The position numbers and the translations under genes are program-made. This document shows positions 7,909-16,186 of a DNA stretch of 32,000 nt, in pieces; within the stretch, counting starts at the first letter, position 1, and the number at the start of each line of letters is the position of its first letter. The notes below the pieces were generated by a model. That model worked only from the letters and a program-made list of their open reading frames with translations. It was not told where the DNA came from and made no database searches. Source of the stretch: Fimbriiglobus ruber (GTDB lineage Bacteria > Planctomycetota > Planctomycetia > Gemmatales > Gemmataceae); NCBI RefSeq assembly GCF_002197845.1, contig NZ_NIDE01000020.1:139460-171459 (forward strand), written 5' to 3'.

Positions 7909-8322
7909 GTGAGCGCGCGTCAATCCGCCAACTACACCCACCAACCCGGCGACACCCGCCCGCCCTTCCACGTCGCCGTCATGGCCGAGCCAGGTCTCAC
8001 GATCGATGCAGGCACGCTCTACCGGCGACTCATAATTCTCCTCCGTGACAAGCGACAGACGCACCGGATCAACTTCCACACGATCTTCGGCGAGCCCCTG
8101 AGTGCCACATTGAGCGAGGTAGCTGAGCGGTTCAACGACCGCCCCTCAGCCACGGCGTGCGCGGCCCGCGGCTACTGGCCCGGCCATATGAAGTCGGCCG
8201 TGCGGGTGCTGAGCCTGGTCAACGCGGCGGTGTGGTTCTGCGAGGCAGAGACGGACGGGGCGCGGTGGCTGGTGGATGTGGGGAGGAGGGTTGGGGTGCC
8301 GGTGAGAATCGTGAGGCTATGA
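7909..8322 (+). CDS. Hypothetical protein (137 aa)
   Basis: GTG start 3 nt after the preceding stop. No motif recognised. Confidence 0.6.
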   Translation: MSARQSANYTHQPGDTRPPFHVAVMAEPGLTIDAGTLYRRLIILLRDKRQTHRINFHTIFGEPLSATLSEVAERFNDRPSATACAARGYWPGHMKSAVRVLSLVNAAVWFCEAETDGARWLVDVGRRVGVPVRIVRL

Positions 8323-8402
8323 AATGGCCGGGGCGTCGTGCCAGAGGTTTTTCAGGCCTCCGACACACCGCCCCGTCTTGTCGCAGTCTGAGCAAAGAGA
8401 TC

Positions 8403-8771
8403 TTACTCGGCGGCCGGCGGGGATGTCAACGACTCCCGTCGCTTCGCCCGCTTTCTCTCCAAATACCGCATTAGCCGCTCTGCGTCTTCGGCGGCGGCTT
8501 GTTGGACGGCCACGAGCCGAGCAGAGCAGGCGGCCACCTCGTCCAATTCATCGTCGCACGGTTCTGGGTAGACGGCATCGCGGTCGGCCTCGGCCAATTC
8601 CGCACGGGCTGCTTTATCGCCCAAGTAGGCCACCGACACGCGGACCGCGTCCGAGACCAGTTGGTGCAAACAGAACAAGTCGCGGTGCTTGATCGTTAGC
8701 GTCCACGCGGTCTCGATTATCCGCCGGGCACTTTTCTTTACGTCGGCATCAGTTTCCATTGTCGTGGTCAC
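8403..8771 (-). CDS. Hypothetical protein (about 120 aa)
   Basis: Good GC3 bias. The GTG at 8771 overlaps the upstream stop (GTGA). Alternative ATG at 8759. Confidence 0.7.
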   Translation of the reverse strand: MTTTMETDADVKKSARRIIETAWTLTIKHRDLFCLHQLVSDAVRVSVAYLGDKAARAELAEADRDAVYPEPCDDELDEVAACSARLVAVQQAAAEDAERLMRYLERKRAKRRESLTSPPAAE

Positions 8772-9109
8772 TCCTTGGTGTAAATGGCCTCATCTCGCCC
8801 CAGCTTTACTGCTGCCGCCAGCCACCCCTTCAGCGTTGCGACCCGGTTTTCTTCCGCGGCCAGACTCGCTTCGGCTCGCTCAATGGCTTCCCGCGCGGTG
8901 GGGATCGCGTTTGCTTCGAGGAACCTGATGGCGGACTCGACCGCTTCCTTCGGCGATGCGGACAGGTGCCTCCGCGCCAACGGAACCACCCCGCCGTGTC
9001 CACGCCGTCGGACGAGCACTCGCCTTGTGTCGATGGTGCAGGGGCCGACGTAGTCGTACTCCTCGATGTCGAGAGAGTCGCGGTCGCACCAGTAGAGTTT
9101 CGGGTTCAT
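8768..9109 (-). CDS. Hypothetical protein (113 aa)
   Basis: ATG at 9109 (MNPKLYWCDRD...) with GGAG upstream, just after the stop at 9118. The 240-aa ORF-track version is an R/G-rich upstream extension overlapping the next gene. Confidence 0.7.
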   Translation of the reverse strand: MNPKLYWCDRDSLDIEEYDYVGPCTIDTRRVLVRRRGHGGVVPLARRHLSASPKEAVESAIRFLEANAIPTAREAIERAEASLAAEENRVATLKGWLAAAVKLGRDEAIYTKE

Positions 9110-9117
9110 CGTCGCGA

Positions 9118-9534
9118 TCACTCCTTCGGAGCCAACAATTCCGCCGCCCGCTCGAACGCCGGCAGCATCTTGACGCTGATATTCACGATCGCGTCCGCCA
9201 TAATCTGAGTGCTCCCGGTCACCGTGACGGGCACCATGACGGCATGTTGTGTCGGCCAACCTAGACGGTGCCGGTCGGCGAACGGCCGGAGGGCGGCTTC
9301 CAACTCCGCGACCCGCTTCTTCATCGCCCGGTTCTCGAATAACTTCTGAGCGTCGTATACCAGCCGATCCAAACTCTCCTCGATCGCGTCCCAATCCGCG
9401 TCCCGACCGTTGAACGGTTGGAGCGGGGTGTGGTACTGCTCGATGCCCTTGATCCGACGTTTCTGCATCCAGTCGATCACGACGAGCCACAGGTCGGGGC
9501 CGTCGTTGGGGACGGGCGGGGGTTGCTCACTCAC
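9118..9534 (-). CDS. Phage protein with an NTP-pyrophosphohydrolase-related (DUF550/MazG-like) N-terminal pattern
   Basis: WMQKRRIKGIEQYHTPLQPFNGRDADWDAIEESLDRLVYDAQ resembles the G..kYG.pL.p.NGRD...Da.eE..D...Y signature. I chose the GTG at 9534 because it forms a GTGA overlap with the stop of the upstream zinc-ribbon gene. Alternative starts are 9555, 9570 and 9630. Confidence 0.6.
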   Translation of the reverse strand: MSEQPPPVPNDGPDLWLVVIDWMQKRRIKGIEQYHTPLQPFNGRDADWDAIEESLDRLVYDAQKLFENRAMKKRVAELEAALRPFADRHRLGWPTQHAVMVPVTVTGSTQIMADAIVNISVKMLPAFERAAELLAPKE

Positions 9535-9743
9535 CGGCTCACCGCCTGCCCGCATCTGTGACACGTCCATCGGTTCATCCAATTCGGGGTAGGGTCGGAT
9601 TTGACAACACCAATGCGACAGGCGGGGCACCTGAGAAACCCATTACACTCGCCGCGGCAGCACCAGCCGTCCACCAGGACGCCGCTCGGTTGCTTGCAGC
9701 GGGCGCAGATCATTGGGGTGTAGGGCGGGGGCTGGTCAGGCAT
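9531..9743 (-). CDS. Small Cys-rich zinc-ribbon protein (70 aa)
   Basis: ATG at 9743, 5 nt after the upstream stop. The sequence contains CARCK..., CCRGEC, CPACR and CHRCG, i.e. four CxxC-type pairs. Confidence 0.65.
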   Translation of the reverse strand: MPDQPPPYTPMICARCKQPSGVLVDGWCCRGECNGFLRCPACRIGVVKSDPTPNWMNRWTCHRCGQAVSR

Positions 9744-10428
9744 GGGCGGCGGTCTCCGCGGGGGCGGGCAAGGGGGGAAGGCCGGCGGCATCGCGGGCGA
9801 ATGAGACAAACGCGCCCCGGATCGCCACGACTAGCCGCGATAAGTTGGCCGATTCCATTGACTCGGGAGACATCCGCTCCAACAGACACGGTGGCAGGCT
9901 AGAGGAAATCGCCCACCTCGACGTTGTCGGTTCCCACCTTATAAAAGAGAGGGCATTATCAATCTCAATCGTTTCGATTGGATGGCGGCTGAAAATCCGG
10001 TCAGCATTCAGGATCAACGCTACAAGAGAACCACTGATATACCAGACAAACCCTCGTTCCCATTTCTGGACCCCTGGTGTGTCGTAAGGCTGCCAAAAAC
10101 CATTTAGCGACATCCTCGACCCGAACCACGAACCGTCAATTTTTTGCACAGGGCACCACGAAAAATTGCGACCATCGGTTTCGCTCATCGGTGAAGCCCA
10201 TTTCTTCCGATTTCTGCGAAAAAGCTGACTGACACTCTTCCTGATGGAGATCCGGCGGAAGTCATTCAATCCTGAGGCTGATGATTCGATTTGATAACGA
10301 ATCAGCCTCGCTCTGTCCACGCTCTCCCGATCCCCCTGTTCCTCCAGCCAATCCGCCATCACGAGCCGCGGCAGGTCGTCGGCCGGGGTCTCCAGGATCG
10401 CGCGGAGGAGGGATTCGCCGGCGGTCAT
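9736..10428 (-). CDS. TIGR02996-domain protein (230 aa)
   Basis: The N-terminus MTAGESLLRAILETPADDLPRLVMADWLEEQGDRESVDRARLIRYQ matches the TIGR02996 pattern of the Gemmata/Myxococcus paralogous family. The C-terminal part is unassigned. Confidence 0.8.
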   Translation of the reverse strand: MTAGESLLRAILETPADDLPRLVMADWLEEQGDRESVDRARLIRYQIESSASGLNDFRRISIRKSVSQLFRRNRKKWASPMSETDGRNFSWCPVQKIDGSWFGSRMSLNGFWQPYDTPGVQKWERGFVWYISGSLVALILNADRIFSRHPIETIEIDNALSFIRWEPTTSRWAISSSLPPCLLERMSPESMESANLSRLVVAIRGAFVSFARDAAGLPPLPAPAETAAHA

Positions 10429-10432
10429 ACGC

Positions 10433-10627
10433 TCACGCCCTCATCTGTCCCTGTGTCACCCGACATATCTCCCCCGATTGCCCACTTCTGACGATAGTCG
10501 CAGTCGGGGCATACCCACCCTTTGCGAGTCGGCACCAACAGGCCGTGCCGAGAATCGTTTCCGCATGTGTATCAGCACCGCGGCCAGGAACGCCCGGGTG
10601 CGGGCGGCGATGCCGTAGTCTAGACAA
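10433..10627 (-). CDS. Possible small ORF (64 aa)
   Basis: It exactly fills the gap between two confident genes (TTG start overlapping the upstream stop; its own stop lies 4 nt before the next ATG). The sequence is Arg/Gly-rich, so support is weak. Confidence 0.3.
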   Translation of the reverse strand: MSRLRHRRPHPGVPGRGADTHAETILGTACWCRLAKGGYAPTATIVRSGQSGEICRVTQGQMRA

Positions 10628-10898
10628 GACGATCCGGTGTTATTCGGTCGTGAAACACCTGCTTCGCCCACGCCCCGGCACCCTGGTAAGCGACGACCAG
10701 TGCGGGTCGGCCGGTGTGATCGCAGAACAGGTAGCCCTTCACTTCGCCGTCTTCCGCCTTGCGAAGTCCAGTCGGGCGGAACCGTACTTTGGTGCCGATC
10801 GGGTACAGTCGTTTCAAGATTCGCTGCACGTTCTTGTTGATGCGCCCGACGTTATTGCACCGCTCGATTATGTCTGCGCGTGAGGCAGTGTGGGTCAT
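10620..10898 (-). CDS. Hypothetical protein (92 aa)
   Basis: The ATG at 10898 forms an ATGA overlap with the upstream gene. Balanced composition. Confidence 0.7.
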   Translation of the reverse strand: MTHTASRADIIERCNNVGRINKNVQRILKRLYPIGTKVRFRPTGLRKAEDGEVKGYLFCDHTGRPALVVAYQGAGAWAKQVFHDRITPDRLV

Positions 10899-11368
10899 TT
10901 CTTACCCTTCTTTGCAGGTGACGACTCGTCACCTACCGGCCTTGGTGGGTCGAGTAAGCTACAGATCGGCAACCGGAGGGCTTCTTCGATTCGCAACAGC
11001 GAAAGAATGCTCACCAAATGTCGGCCCCGCTCCATCCTTGAAAGGTGCGTGTTCCTGATCCCCACGACAGCAGCCAAGTCCTTTTGGGCAACGCCTGCCG
11101 CTGAGCGAGCAGCACGCACCGCGGCGCCGACATCCCGAGCCAATCCGGAAACATCTCCCCGCGGGGATCGCGTCGCAGACCCGTGGCACTTCCGACATAG
11201 CGTTTCACAGACGCCGGGTGCCAAACTGTATCCACTCCCCGGCACCGTCCGGTGAACATCCAGCCCACGGCCTTCTGTGGCCCGGTGGTCGTCTTGAGAT
11301 ACCCCGCACTTCAGACACCGATGGCCATCACGTTTGCGAACCGCTTCTTTCACGTCGGATTCGGTCAT
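10895..11368 (-). CDS. HNH endonuclease domain fused to an XRE-type HTH domain (157 aa)
   Basis: N-terminal RDGHRCLKCG...LDVHRTVP...ETLCRKCHG is the HNH pattern (Cys pairs flanking the His and a beta-beta-alpha fold). C-terminal VGAAVRAARSAAGVAQKDLAAVVGIRNTHLSRMERGRHLVSILSLLRIEEAL is an HTH_3 pattern. Confidence 0.85.
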   Translation of the reverse strand: MTESDVKEAVRKRDGHRCLKCGVSQDDHRATEGRGLDVHRTVPGSGYSLAPGVCETLCRKCHGSATRSPRGDVSGLARDVGAAVRAARSAAGVAQKDLAAVVGIRNTHLSRMERGRHLVSILSLLRIEEALRLPICSLLDPPRPVGDESSPAKKGKK

Positions 11369-11604
11369 GTGCCGTCCTTCGGGGGCCAGTACCCCCGCTT
11401 GTTCAGGTACTCCTCGAGCGCGTCCCGCAATACCGACGATTCGGTCGGCTGCGGGCGAGTCTCATCCACATACTTGTCCAGCGCCTGAAACAGCTTCGGG
11501 TCGGCGTGAAACGCCTTCCGCGGCTGCTTGTGGCGGTCTTCGCCCTTGGACCGTTTGCTGTCGGGGTTTACGCGGGGGCCGGGCTTCTTTTTGTTCGGTG
11601 GCAT
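11365..11604 (-). CDS. Ribbon-helix-helix (CopG/Arc-like) protein
   Basis: A basic N-terminus is followed by KAFHADPKLFQALDKYVDETRPQPTESSVLRDALEEYL. The stop overlaps the HNH-XRE start (ATGA at 11365-11368). Possible starts are ATG at 11604, ATG at 11616, or the start at 11643. Confidence 0.75.
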   Translation of the reverse strand: MPPNKKKPGPRVNPDSKRSKGEDRHKQPRKAFHADPKLFQALDKYVDETRPQPTESSVLRDALEEYLNKRGYWPPKDGT

Positions 11605-11711
11605 AGTGCCGCGCATTTTACGACTGCCCCCGTGTACCAACAACTACGCTCACCACTATACTACCGGGTATGTGGTGTTTGTGCAAGTGCGAATTAATTT
11701 GCAACGTGGTG

Positions 11712-11740
11712 TTGACACGCCGGACAACGCCGACTAATAT
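11712..11740 (+). promoter_or_regulatory. Sigma-70-type promoter TTGACA-N17-TAATAT, with the same hexamers as at 7135
   Basis: TTGACA at 11712-11717, a 17-nt spacer, and TAATAT at 11735-11740, 46 nt before the ATG at 11787. It lies in the divergent region shared with the RHH operon. An adjacent imperfect palindrome TGCAA-N12-TTGCA (11682-11703) is centred on AATTAATT. Confidence 0.5.
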
Positions 11741-11786
11741 ACGTCCATCGGCCTGAGACGCGACGACCGCCACCCCGGAGACGACC

Positions 11787-12047
11787 ATGACGACCGCGAC
11801 CAAACGGGAAGCCTCCTTGGGGATCACGCTCCGGACTTGGCGGCTATACGATGTGGCCCGCCGGTGCGTGTTCAACGAGTCTGGAGGGGCGTTAGAGATC
11901 GGTGGGATTGCGGTCGGCTACGATGACACGGAAGGCCAGTATGCGATTGTGCTAAGCCGCAAAGATGGCAAGAGGCCGACCAAGGGCGACGTGTCGTGGG
12001 CAAAAGTATTTATCAACGGCGTGGCCGCTGCTTTTCAAACACTGTGA
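11787..12047 (+). CDS. Hypothetical protein (86 aa)
   Basis: ATG with GGAG upstream. First gene of the plus-strand block. Confidence 0.7.
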   Translation: MTTATKREASLGITLRTWRLYDVARRCVFNESGGALEIGGIAVGYDDTEGQYAIVLSRKDGKRPTKGDVSWAKVFINGVAAAFQTL

Positions 12048-12056
12048 GGGGCTGAA

Positions 12057-12320
12057 GTGGCACGCACAGCGTATGCAATCTGTGACACAAATTCAGACGA
12101 ATTGATGGAGCGGTACAACAAGGACGATCCGTTTAATCCGGGGTATTGGACAGGCGAGTCATCGCCAGAGGATCTGGTTGTGTTCGAAACCAAGGAGGCG
12201 GCCGAAAAAGTAGTGGCGTCACTGGTCGAATCTCTGAACAAGACGGGCGAAGACACCACGGGACTTGAGATCATTGAAGTTGAGCGGGTGATGACATGGG
12301 CGTACCAACGAGTAGCCTGA
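12057..12320 (+). CDS. Hypothetical acidic protein (87 aa)
   Basis: GTG start 9 nt after the preceding stop. Non-repetitive sequence. Confidence 0.65.
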   Translation: MARTAYAICDTNSDELMERYNKDDPFNPGYWTGESSPEDLVVFETKEAAEKVVASLVESLNKTGEDTTGLEIIEVERVMTWAYQRVA

Positions 12321-12321
12321 C

Positions 12322-12351
12322 CTCGCGGCCCCGCCCCCTGACCGCCGCGAG
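12322..12351 (+). terminator. GC-rich stem-loop directly after the stop at 12320
   Basis: CTCGCGGC (12322-12329) pairs perfectly with GCCGCGAG (12344-12351), leaving a 14-nt loop. No U-tract follows, so the terminator function is uncertain. Confidence 0.3.
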
Positions 12352-12380
12352 CCCGCCGGGAACCCGAAGGAGAATGAGGG

Positions 12381-12617
12381 ATGACGACCGACGCACAGCG
12401 TCGACCAGACGTGCTACTCGTGATGAAACAGGTCGACGGCGGCCGGGCCGCAATCGGGCTGATCGAATGCCCACACTGCGGCGAGACGCACTACACGACG
12501 CACATCGAGTGCGGGGAGCGGACCGTGTATTGTGGCGTCAAAGCGGCTGAAGTAGACCAGTACAGGACTATTCGGCCGGACGGGTACGGCACCGTGGTTG
12601 TGAAACAAATTATTTAG
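12381..12617 (+). CDS. Small zinc-ribbon-like protein (78 aa)
   Basis: AAGGAG upstream of the ATG. Contains CPHCGETHYTTHIECGERTVYCG. Confidence 0.7.
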   Translation: MTTDAQRRPDVLLVMKQVDGGRAAIGLIECPHCGETHYTTHIECGERTVYCGVKAAEVDQYRTIRPDGYGTVVVKQII

Positions 12618-12628
12618 GAGCCTGACCC

Positions 12629-12928
12629 ATGAATCTCTCAACCGCCGTCCGCTCCCACCTCATCCAACACATGCCAACCGCCGCTGTCGCCTCCGGACTC
12701 GCCAGCCAGGTCGACCACTCGGCATGGGCCGCCGAGATGACCCAGAGGTTCCCGCTGGCCGTGCGGCCGGTGGACCACAGCGTGCCGGGGCTGACGCGGT
12801 GGTTGGGGGAGCGGGGCGTTGCCGCCGGCCCCGAGTGGGTGAAGGCACTCCGGGGTGAGTGGATGAAGGAGCGAATGCGGGCGATGCTGGATGCGGAGTG
12901 GGTGAGGCGGACACAGGTGGAGGGTTGA
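12629..12928 (+). CDS. Hypothetical protein (99 aa)
   Basis: AGGAG upstream of the ATG. No motif recognised. Confidence 0.65.
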   Translation: MNLSTAVRSHLIQHMPTAAVASGLASQVDHSAWAAEMTQRFPLAVRPVDHSVPGLTRWLGERGVAAGPEWVKALRGEWMKERMRAMLDAEWVRRTQVEG

Positions 12929-12929
12929 T

Positions 12930-13664
12930 ATGCGACTGCGGTACGTGACACTGACCGGGGCCGACGAATCGGTGCCCCCGGCCGACCTGTACAGACTGTC
13001 TGCGGAATACCCATTCGTAGAGTGGGGTATCCTGTTCTCGCGGAAGCGGACCGGGTACGAGGCCCGTTACCCCGGGTGGCCGTGGGTGCGGTCGTTAGCG
13101 TCGTTATTGCACCAATATCCCAAGGTAGATTCTCGATTAAACTTGTCCGCCCACTTATGCGGGGGGTGGGTCGACTATGCCGCCAGCGGCCTTCTGTCGG
13201 CATTCACAGGGCACATGGAGGCGGAGACGTTCCGGCGGTTTCAACTGAATCTCGGCGACAAGGTCGCCGACGCCTTACAGAACAGGAAGTTATTCGAAGG
13301 GATCGGCAAAATCCGGCGGAACGCCAAGATTATTTTCGGGGGTGACTATTCCGGGGTGCCGCCAGACAACGACTATCTGCTCGACGGCGATATTTACCCG
13401 CTCGTTGATGCTTCGGGCGGCCGGGGGATTTCTCCGGAAGAGGGGCCGGCGCCCATCGCCCGATCGACGGGGTACGCCGGTGGCATCGGCCCTGCCAACG
13501 TGGCCGGTGTTCTCCACAAATTGAAGCAAGTTGTCGGCATTACGGACACGATCTGGATCGACATGGAGTCGAGTTTGCGGACGAAAACCAGCAATGGTGA
13601 CGTGTTCGACCTAGATAAGTGTGAAGCGGTCTTGGAAGCCTGCAAACCGTTCGTGGGAGCGTAA
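12930..13664 (+). CDS. TrpF/PRAI-like (phosphoribosylanthranilate isomerase family) TIM-barrel protein (244 aa)
   Basis: The motifs occur in the same order as in TrpF. YVTLTGADE corresponds to KICGIT. VEWGILFSRK corresponds to GFIF..S.R. LSAHLCG corresponds to VQLHG. PLVDASGGRG corresponds to LLD..GGTG. GYAGGIGPANV corresponds to LAGGL.PENV. IWIDMESSLR...FDLDKCEAVLEA corresponds to GVDVSSGVE...KD..KI..F. Confidence 0.6.
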   Translation: MRLRYVTLTGADESVPPADLYRLSAEYPFVEWGILFSRKRTGYEARYPGWPWVRSLASLLHQYPKVDSRLNLSAHLCGGWVDYAASGLLSAFTGHMEAETFRRFQLNLGDKVADALQNRKLFEGIGKIRRNAKIIFGGDYSGVPPDNDYLLDGDIYPLVDASGGRGISPEEGPAPIARSTGYAGGIGPANVAGVLHKLKQVVGITDTIWIDMESSLRTKTSNGDVFDLDKCEAVLEACKPFVGA

Positions 13665-13668
13665 CGCG

Positions 13669-14013
13669 ATGCCAACCAGTCATACAGGCGGCGTCTGGGA
13701 AGCGGCCATCGACCCGGACGACGACATTGGGCAGAACATCCCGATCGAGGCGAACGGGGCACCGATTGCCGAAGTATTAGGGTCCGACAACTTCCCATGC
13801 TTGGACCCTGACGAAGATGACTTTGAAGCAATCCACGCGGAAGCCGCTGCCACAGCCCGGCTCATCGCCACCGACGGACTCTTCCTCGCCGAAGAGATCC
13901 TGCAAGCCTTGGGGCACCGCAACGGCCGCGAGGTGTCGGACGTGACGCGGCAGGAGATGGAGCCGATCCGCAAGTTGGCGGCGGCCCTGGTGGCGAAGGG
14001 TAAGGGGGAGTGA
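13669..14013 (+). CDS. Hypothetical acidic protein (114 aa)
   Basis: ATG at 13669, 4 nt after the PRAI-like stop. The ORF-track start at 13621 would overlap the upstream gene. Confidence 0.65.
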   Translation: MPTSHTGGVWEAAIDPDDDIGQNIPIEANGAPIAEVLGSDNFPCLDPDEDDFEAIHAEAAATARLIATDGLFLAEEILQALGHRNGREVSDVTRQEMEPIRKLAAALVAKGKGE

Positions 14014-14019
14014 CCGACG

Positions 14020-14268
14020 ATGATCGAACTGACATGCCGCCACTGCCTCCGTGAGCGGGTGACGCGACCCCGCGGGCTCTGCTGGGTTTGCTACTACACC
14101 CCGGGCGTCAGGGATCGATATGACCCCAAGAATCACCGGCCCGAGAACGATCGGCCCCTAGGTGAGCCAACAGCGACACAGCCCGGGACACCAGAGCGGA
14201 TGGCGGTCTTGGAGGAGCGGGCGAACAAGGGTTTGAGGCTGTACCATCCGGACGACGCGAAGGAGTAA
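14020..14268 (+). CDS. Small zinc-ribbon protein (82 aa)
   Basis: Contains CRHC...RGLCWVC (CxxC-N11-CxxC). Confidence 0.65.
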   Translation: MIELTCRHCLRERVTRPRGLCWVCYYTPGVRDRYDPKNHRPENDRPLGEPTATQPGTPERMAVLEERANKGLRLYHPDDAKE

Positions 14269-14273
14269 CCGAC

Positions 14274-14525
14274 ATGGCCCGCGAAGGTGTCTGTATTGAG
14301 TGCCATAAAGAGAAGTTGTTGGTCCGTGGCACCTGTCTGGATTGCTGGCCGGAACGCCGGCGGCAGAACGTCGCGTATGAGCAAGGCACGCAGGCCGCTC
14401 ACGACGACACAATGAACAACCCCTACGACCAAGAGACGGATTACAACGTCTTTTACTCTTGGGAGTTCGGGTATTCGGACGAGAGGGAGCGGATGGAGCG
14501 GCAGAGACTTCAGGAGAAGCACTGA
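14274..14525 (+). CDS. Small zinc-ribbon protein (83 aa), similar in layout to the preceding gene
   Basis: Contains CIEC...RGTCLDC, with the same C..C-N-RG.C..C spacing as 14020-14268. Confidence 0.65.
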   Translation: MAREGVCIECHKEKLLVRGTCLDCWPERRRQNVAYEQGTQAAHDDTMNNPYDQETDYNVFYSWEFGYSDERERMERQRLQEKH

Positions 14526-14704
14526 TGCCCCCGACTGTCGCCCAGATCGACGTCCTCGCCCAATGGCTCAGTGTGGCCGCCGGCACACCGAGTTCCAAAC
14601 GTGAGCCGTATATTCGTCAGGCCCAAGCGTTGCTGACCGACCCACCGGCCGTGATGGTGGAAGCGATCCGGGCGCGAGTAACACAGATCAAGGAGTCCCA
14701 ATGA
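14525..14704 (+). CDS. Hypothetical protein (59 aa)
   Basis: The ATG overlaps the previous stop (TGATG at 14523-14527). Its own stop overlaps the next start (ATGA at 14701-14704). Confidence 0.55.
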   Translation: MPPTVAQIDVLAQWLSVAAGTPSSKREPYIRQAQALLTDPPAVMVEAIRARVTQIKESQ

Positions 14705-15138
14705 TCGACGCTGACAGACTCGACGACACCAGACGCGGGATCGAGAACCTGATCGACCACGCGGCCCGGCTCGGGAACGAGTTCACAGGGCCTCACGAGG
14801 GCGAGCCGGCCGAAGTGGCGAACATTTATTGGGCTTTGGACCGGGCGCGGAAGGAACTCCTCACGGCGTTTAACGGTTGCCACTCGCTGATGGTCGAAGC
14901 GCTGGCTCGTTCCGAGGCCGAGGCCCTGGCCGAGATCTCCCGACTGTGGTGTACGCGGCCAGGGCGCGAGCCGCTGCTCAGGAAAATCACGGACGGAGCA
15001 TACCCACGGTGCATGGTTGGATACACGCTCGCACCGGACGACCCGCACGTAGGCAATCATACCGAGCGGTGGCTCGGGTTCGGTGCTCGGACTTATATGG
15101 GGGCGGTCGCCGAAGCTGTTCGACAAGGTCTTAAGTAA
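14701..15138 (+). CDS. Hypothetical protein (145 aa)
   Basis: ATGA-coupled start. Balanced composition. Confidence 0.7.
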   Translation: MIDADRLDDTRRGIENLIDHAARLGNEFTGPHEGEPAEVANIYWALDRARKELLTAFNGCHSLMVEALARSEAEALAEISRLWCTRPGREPLLRKITDGAYPRCMVGYTLAPDDPHVGNHTERWLGFGARTYMGAVAEAVRQGLK

Positions 15139-15209
15139 ACCGAAAATGTCGGGGCGGCTTCGCAGCGTGCGTGGCCGCAGTTACAGGGTGATAGCGAGGG
15201 GATCTGACG

Positions 15210-15653
15210 ATGCCGATCGATCCTGAAGAACTGAGCCGTGGTCTGGCCGAGATGGGCCAAAATCTCCAACGGGAGATGTCCGACGCTCGGGGAGCCAAAA
15301 AGCATACCCAGCGTGCATTACTCGCAACCGACGTCAGCGGCGGGGCGGTCGTGCTGGCCACCGACGGGCAGGGGATCGCGTTGATGTGCCACGAGGAAGG
15401 CACGAACGCGGAGGGTTGGGGGCTCGTCAGGGGTCGCGATACTCCTACGCCCGGACTCTACTTGTGGGAAGGGTACTCGCGGGTCATTGGTGGCCGCCCA
15501 CCGAATGATTTTGAGTACGAAACGTATTGGTACGGCACTTGTCGACCGGTCGCCCCTGAAGAAATCGCTGCGCTGTACGCGATGATGCCACCGCCCGAAA
15601 CAGAAATCGACGGTCCGGACGGTCCGGACGATACGGACAAGAACGGCTATTGA
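15210..15653 (+). CDS. Hypothetical protein (147 aa)
   Basis: GAGGGGA upstream of the ATG. No motif recognised. Confidence 0.7.
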   Translation: MPIDPEELSRGLAEMGQNLQREMSDARGAKKHTQRALLATDVSGGAVVLATDGQGIALMCHEEGTNAEGWGLVRGRDTPTPGLYLWEGYSRVIGGRPPNDFEYETYWYGTCRPVAPEEIAALYAMMPPPETEIDGPDGPDDTDKNGY

Positions 15654-15656
15654 GGA

Positions 15657-15944
15657 ATGACGATGCCAACCGAAGCGACTGATTGGGAAGGGCGGCCGGT
15701 GCCCGCAGATGAGTCGCCGGACACGCGAATCAATGTGTGGCAAATTAGCCCCCATCCGACCGACCCCGCCTACGATTTTTATGTGGAGCGGAGTTGGCAA
15801 GCCATGCTCAAGTACATGAGAAGCGGTTTCGAAGGGCTATTAGAGCGGCACGAATTCGTTGATGGCAAGAATGACGCGCTCGATATTAAGGTCGAGCTTG
15901 TGGAAATGACGTTGAGCGAATACGACGACATTATTAACGCTTAG
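15657..15944 (+). CDS. Hypothetical acidic protein (95 aa)
   Basis: ATG 3 nt after the preceding stop. Confidence 0.7.
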   Translation: MTMPTEATDWEGRPVPADESPDTRINVWQISPHPTDPAYDFYVERSWQAMLKYMRSGFEGLLERHEFVDGKNDALDIKVELVEMTLSEYDDIINA

Positions 15945-16186
15945 CAATCCTTTACCCCTTACCTTATCGCCCGACCCGCGCCCACGCCCCGGGCCTAACC
16001 CTCAGACGGCTTGTGTCATGAAGACGACTTTGGCTTCGACTGCGGTAGTATCCATACTCGGGGCCAGCTCCGAGTTGGCCAAGATGCTGAACGAGCCATC
16101 GGGGCATGGAAGGCCGCGATGGTAGGGGTGTTCCTGATCGTGTGCGTGATGTGCGAGAGACGGGCGGGGAAAGGGACAGTGCCATC

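Noticed and set aside
16018-16125. 35-aa ORF (MKTTLASTAVVSILGASSELAKMLNEPSGHGRPRW) in the 240-bp gap before the second TIGR02996 gene
   Set aside because: It is too short and has only moderate codon bias, so it cannot be told apart from a chance ORF. The gap may instead hold regulatory sequence.
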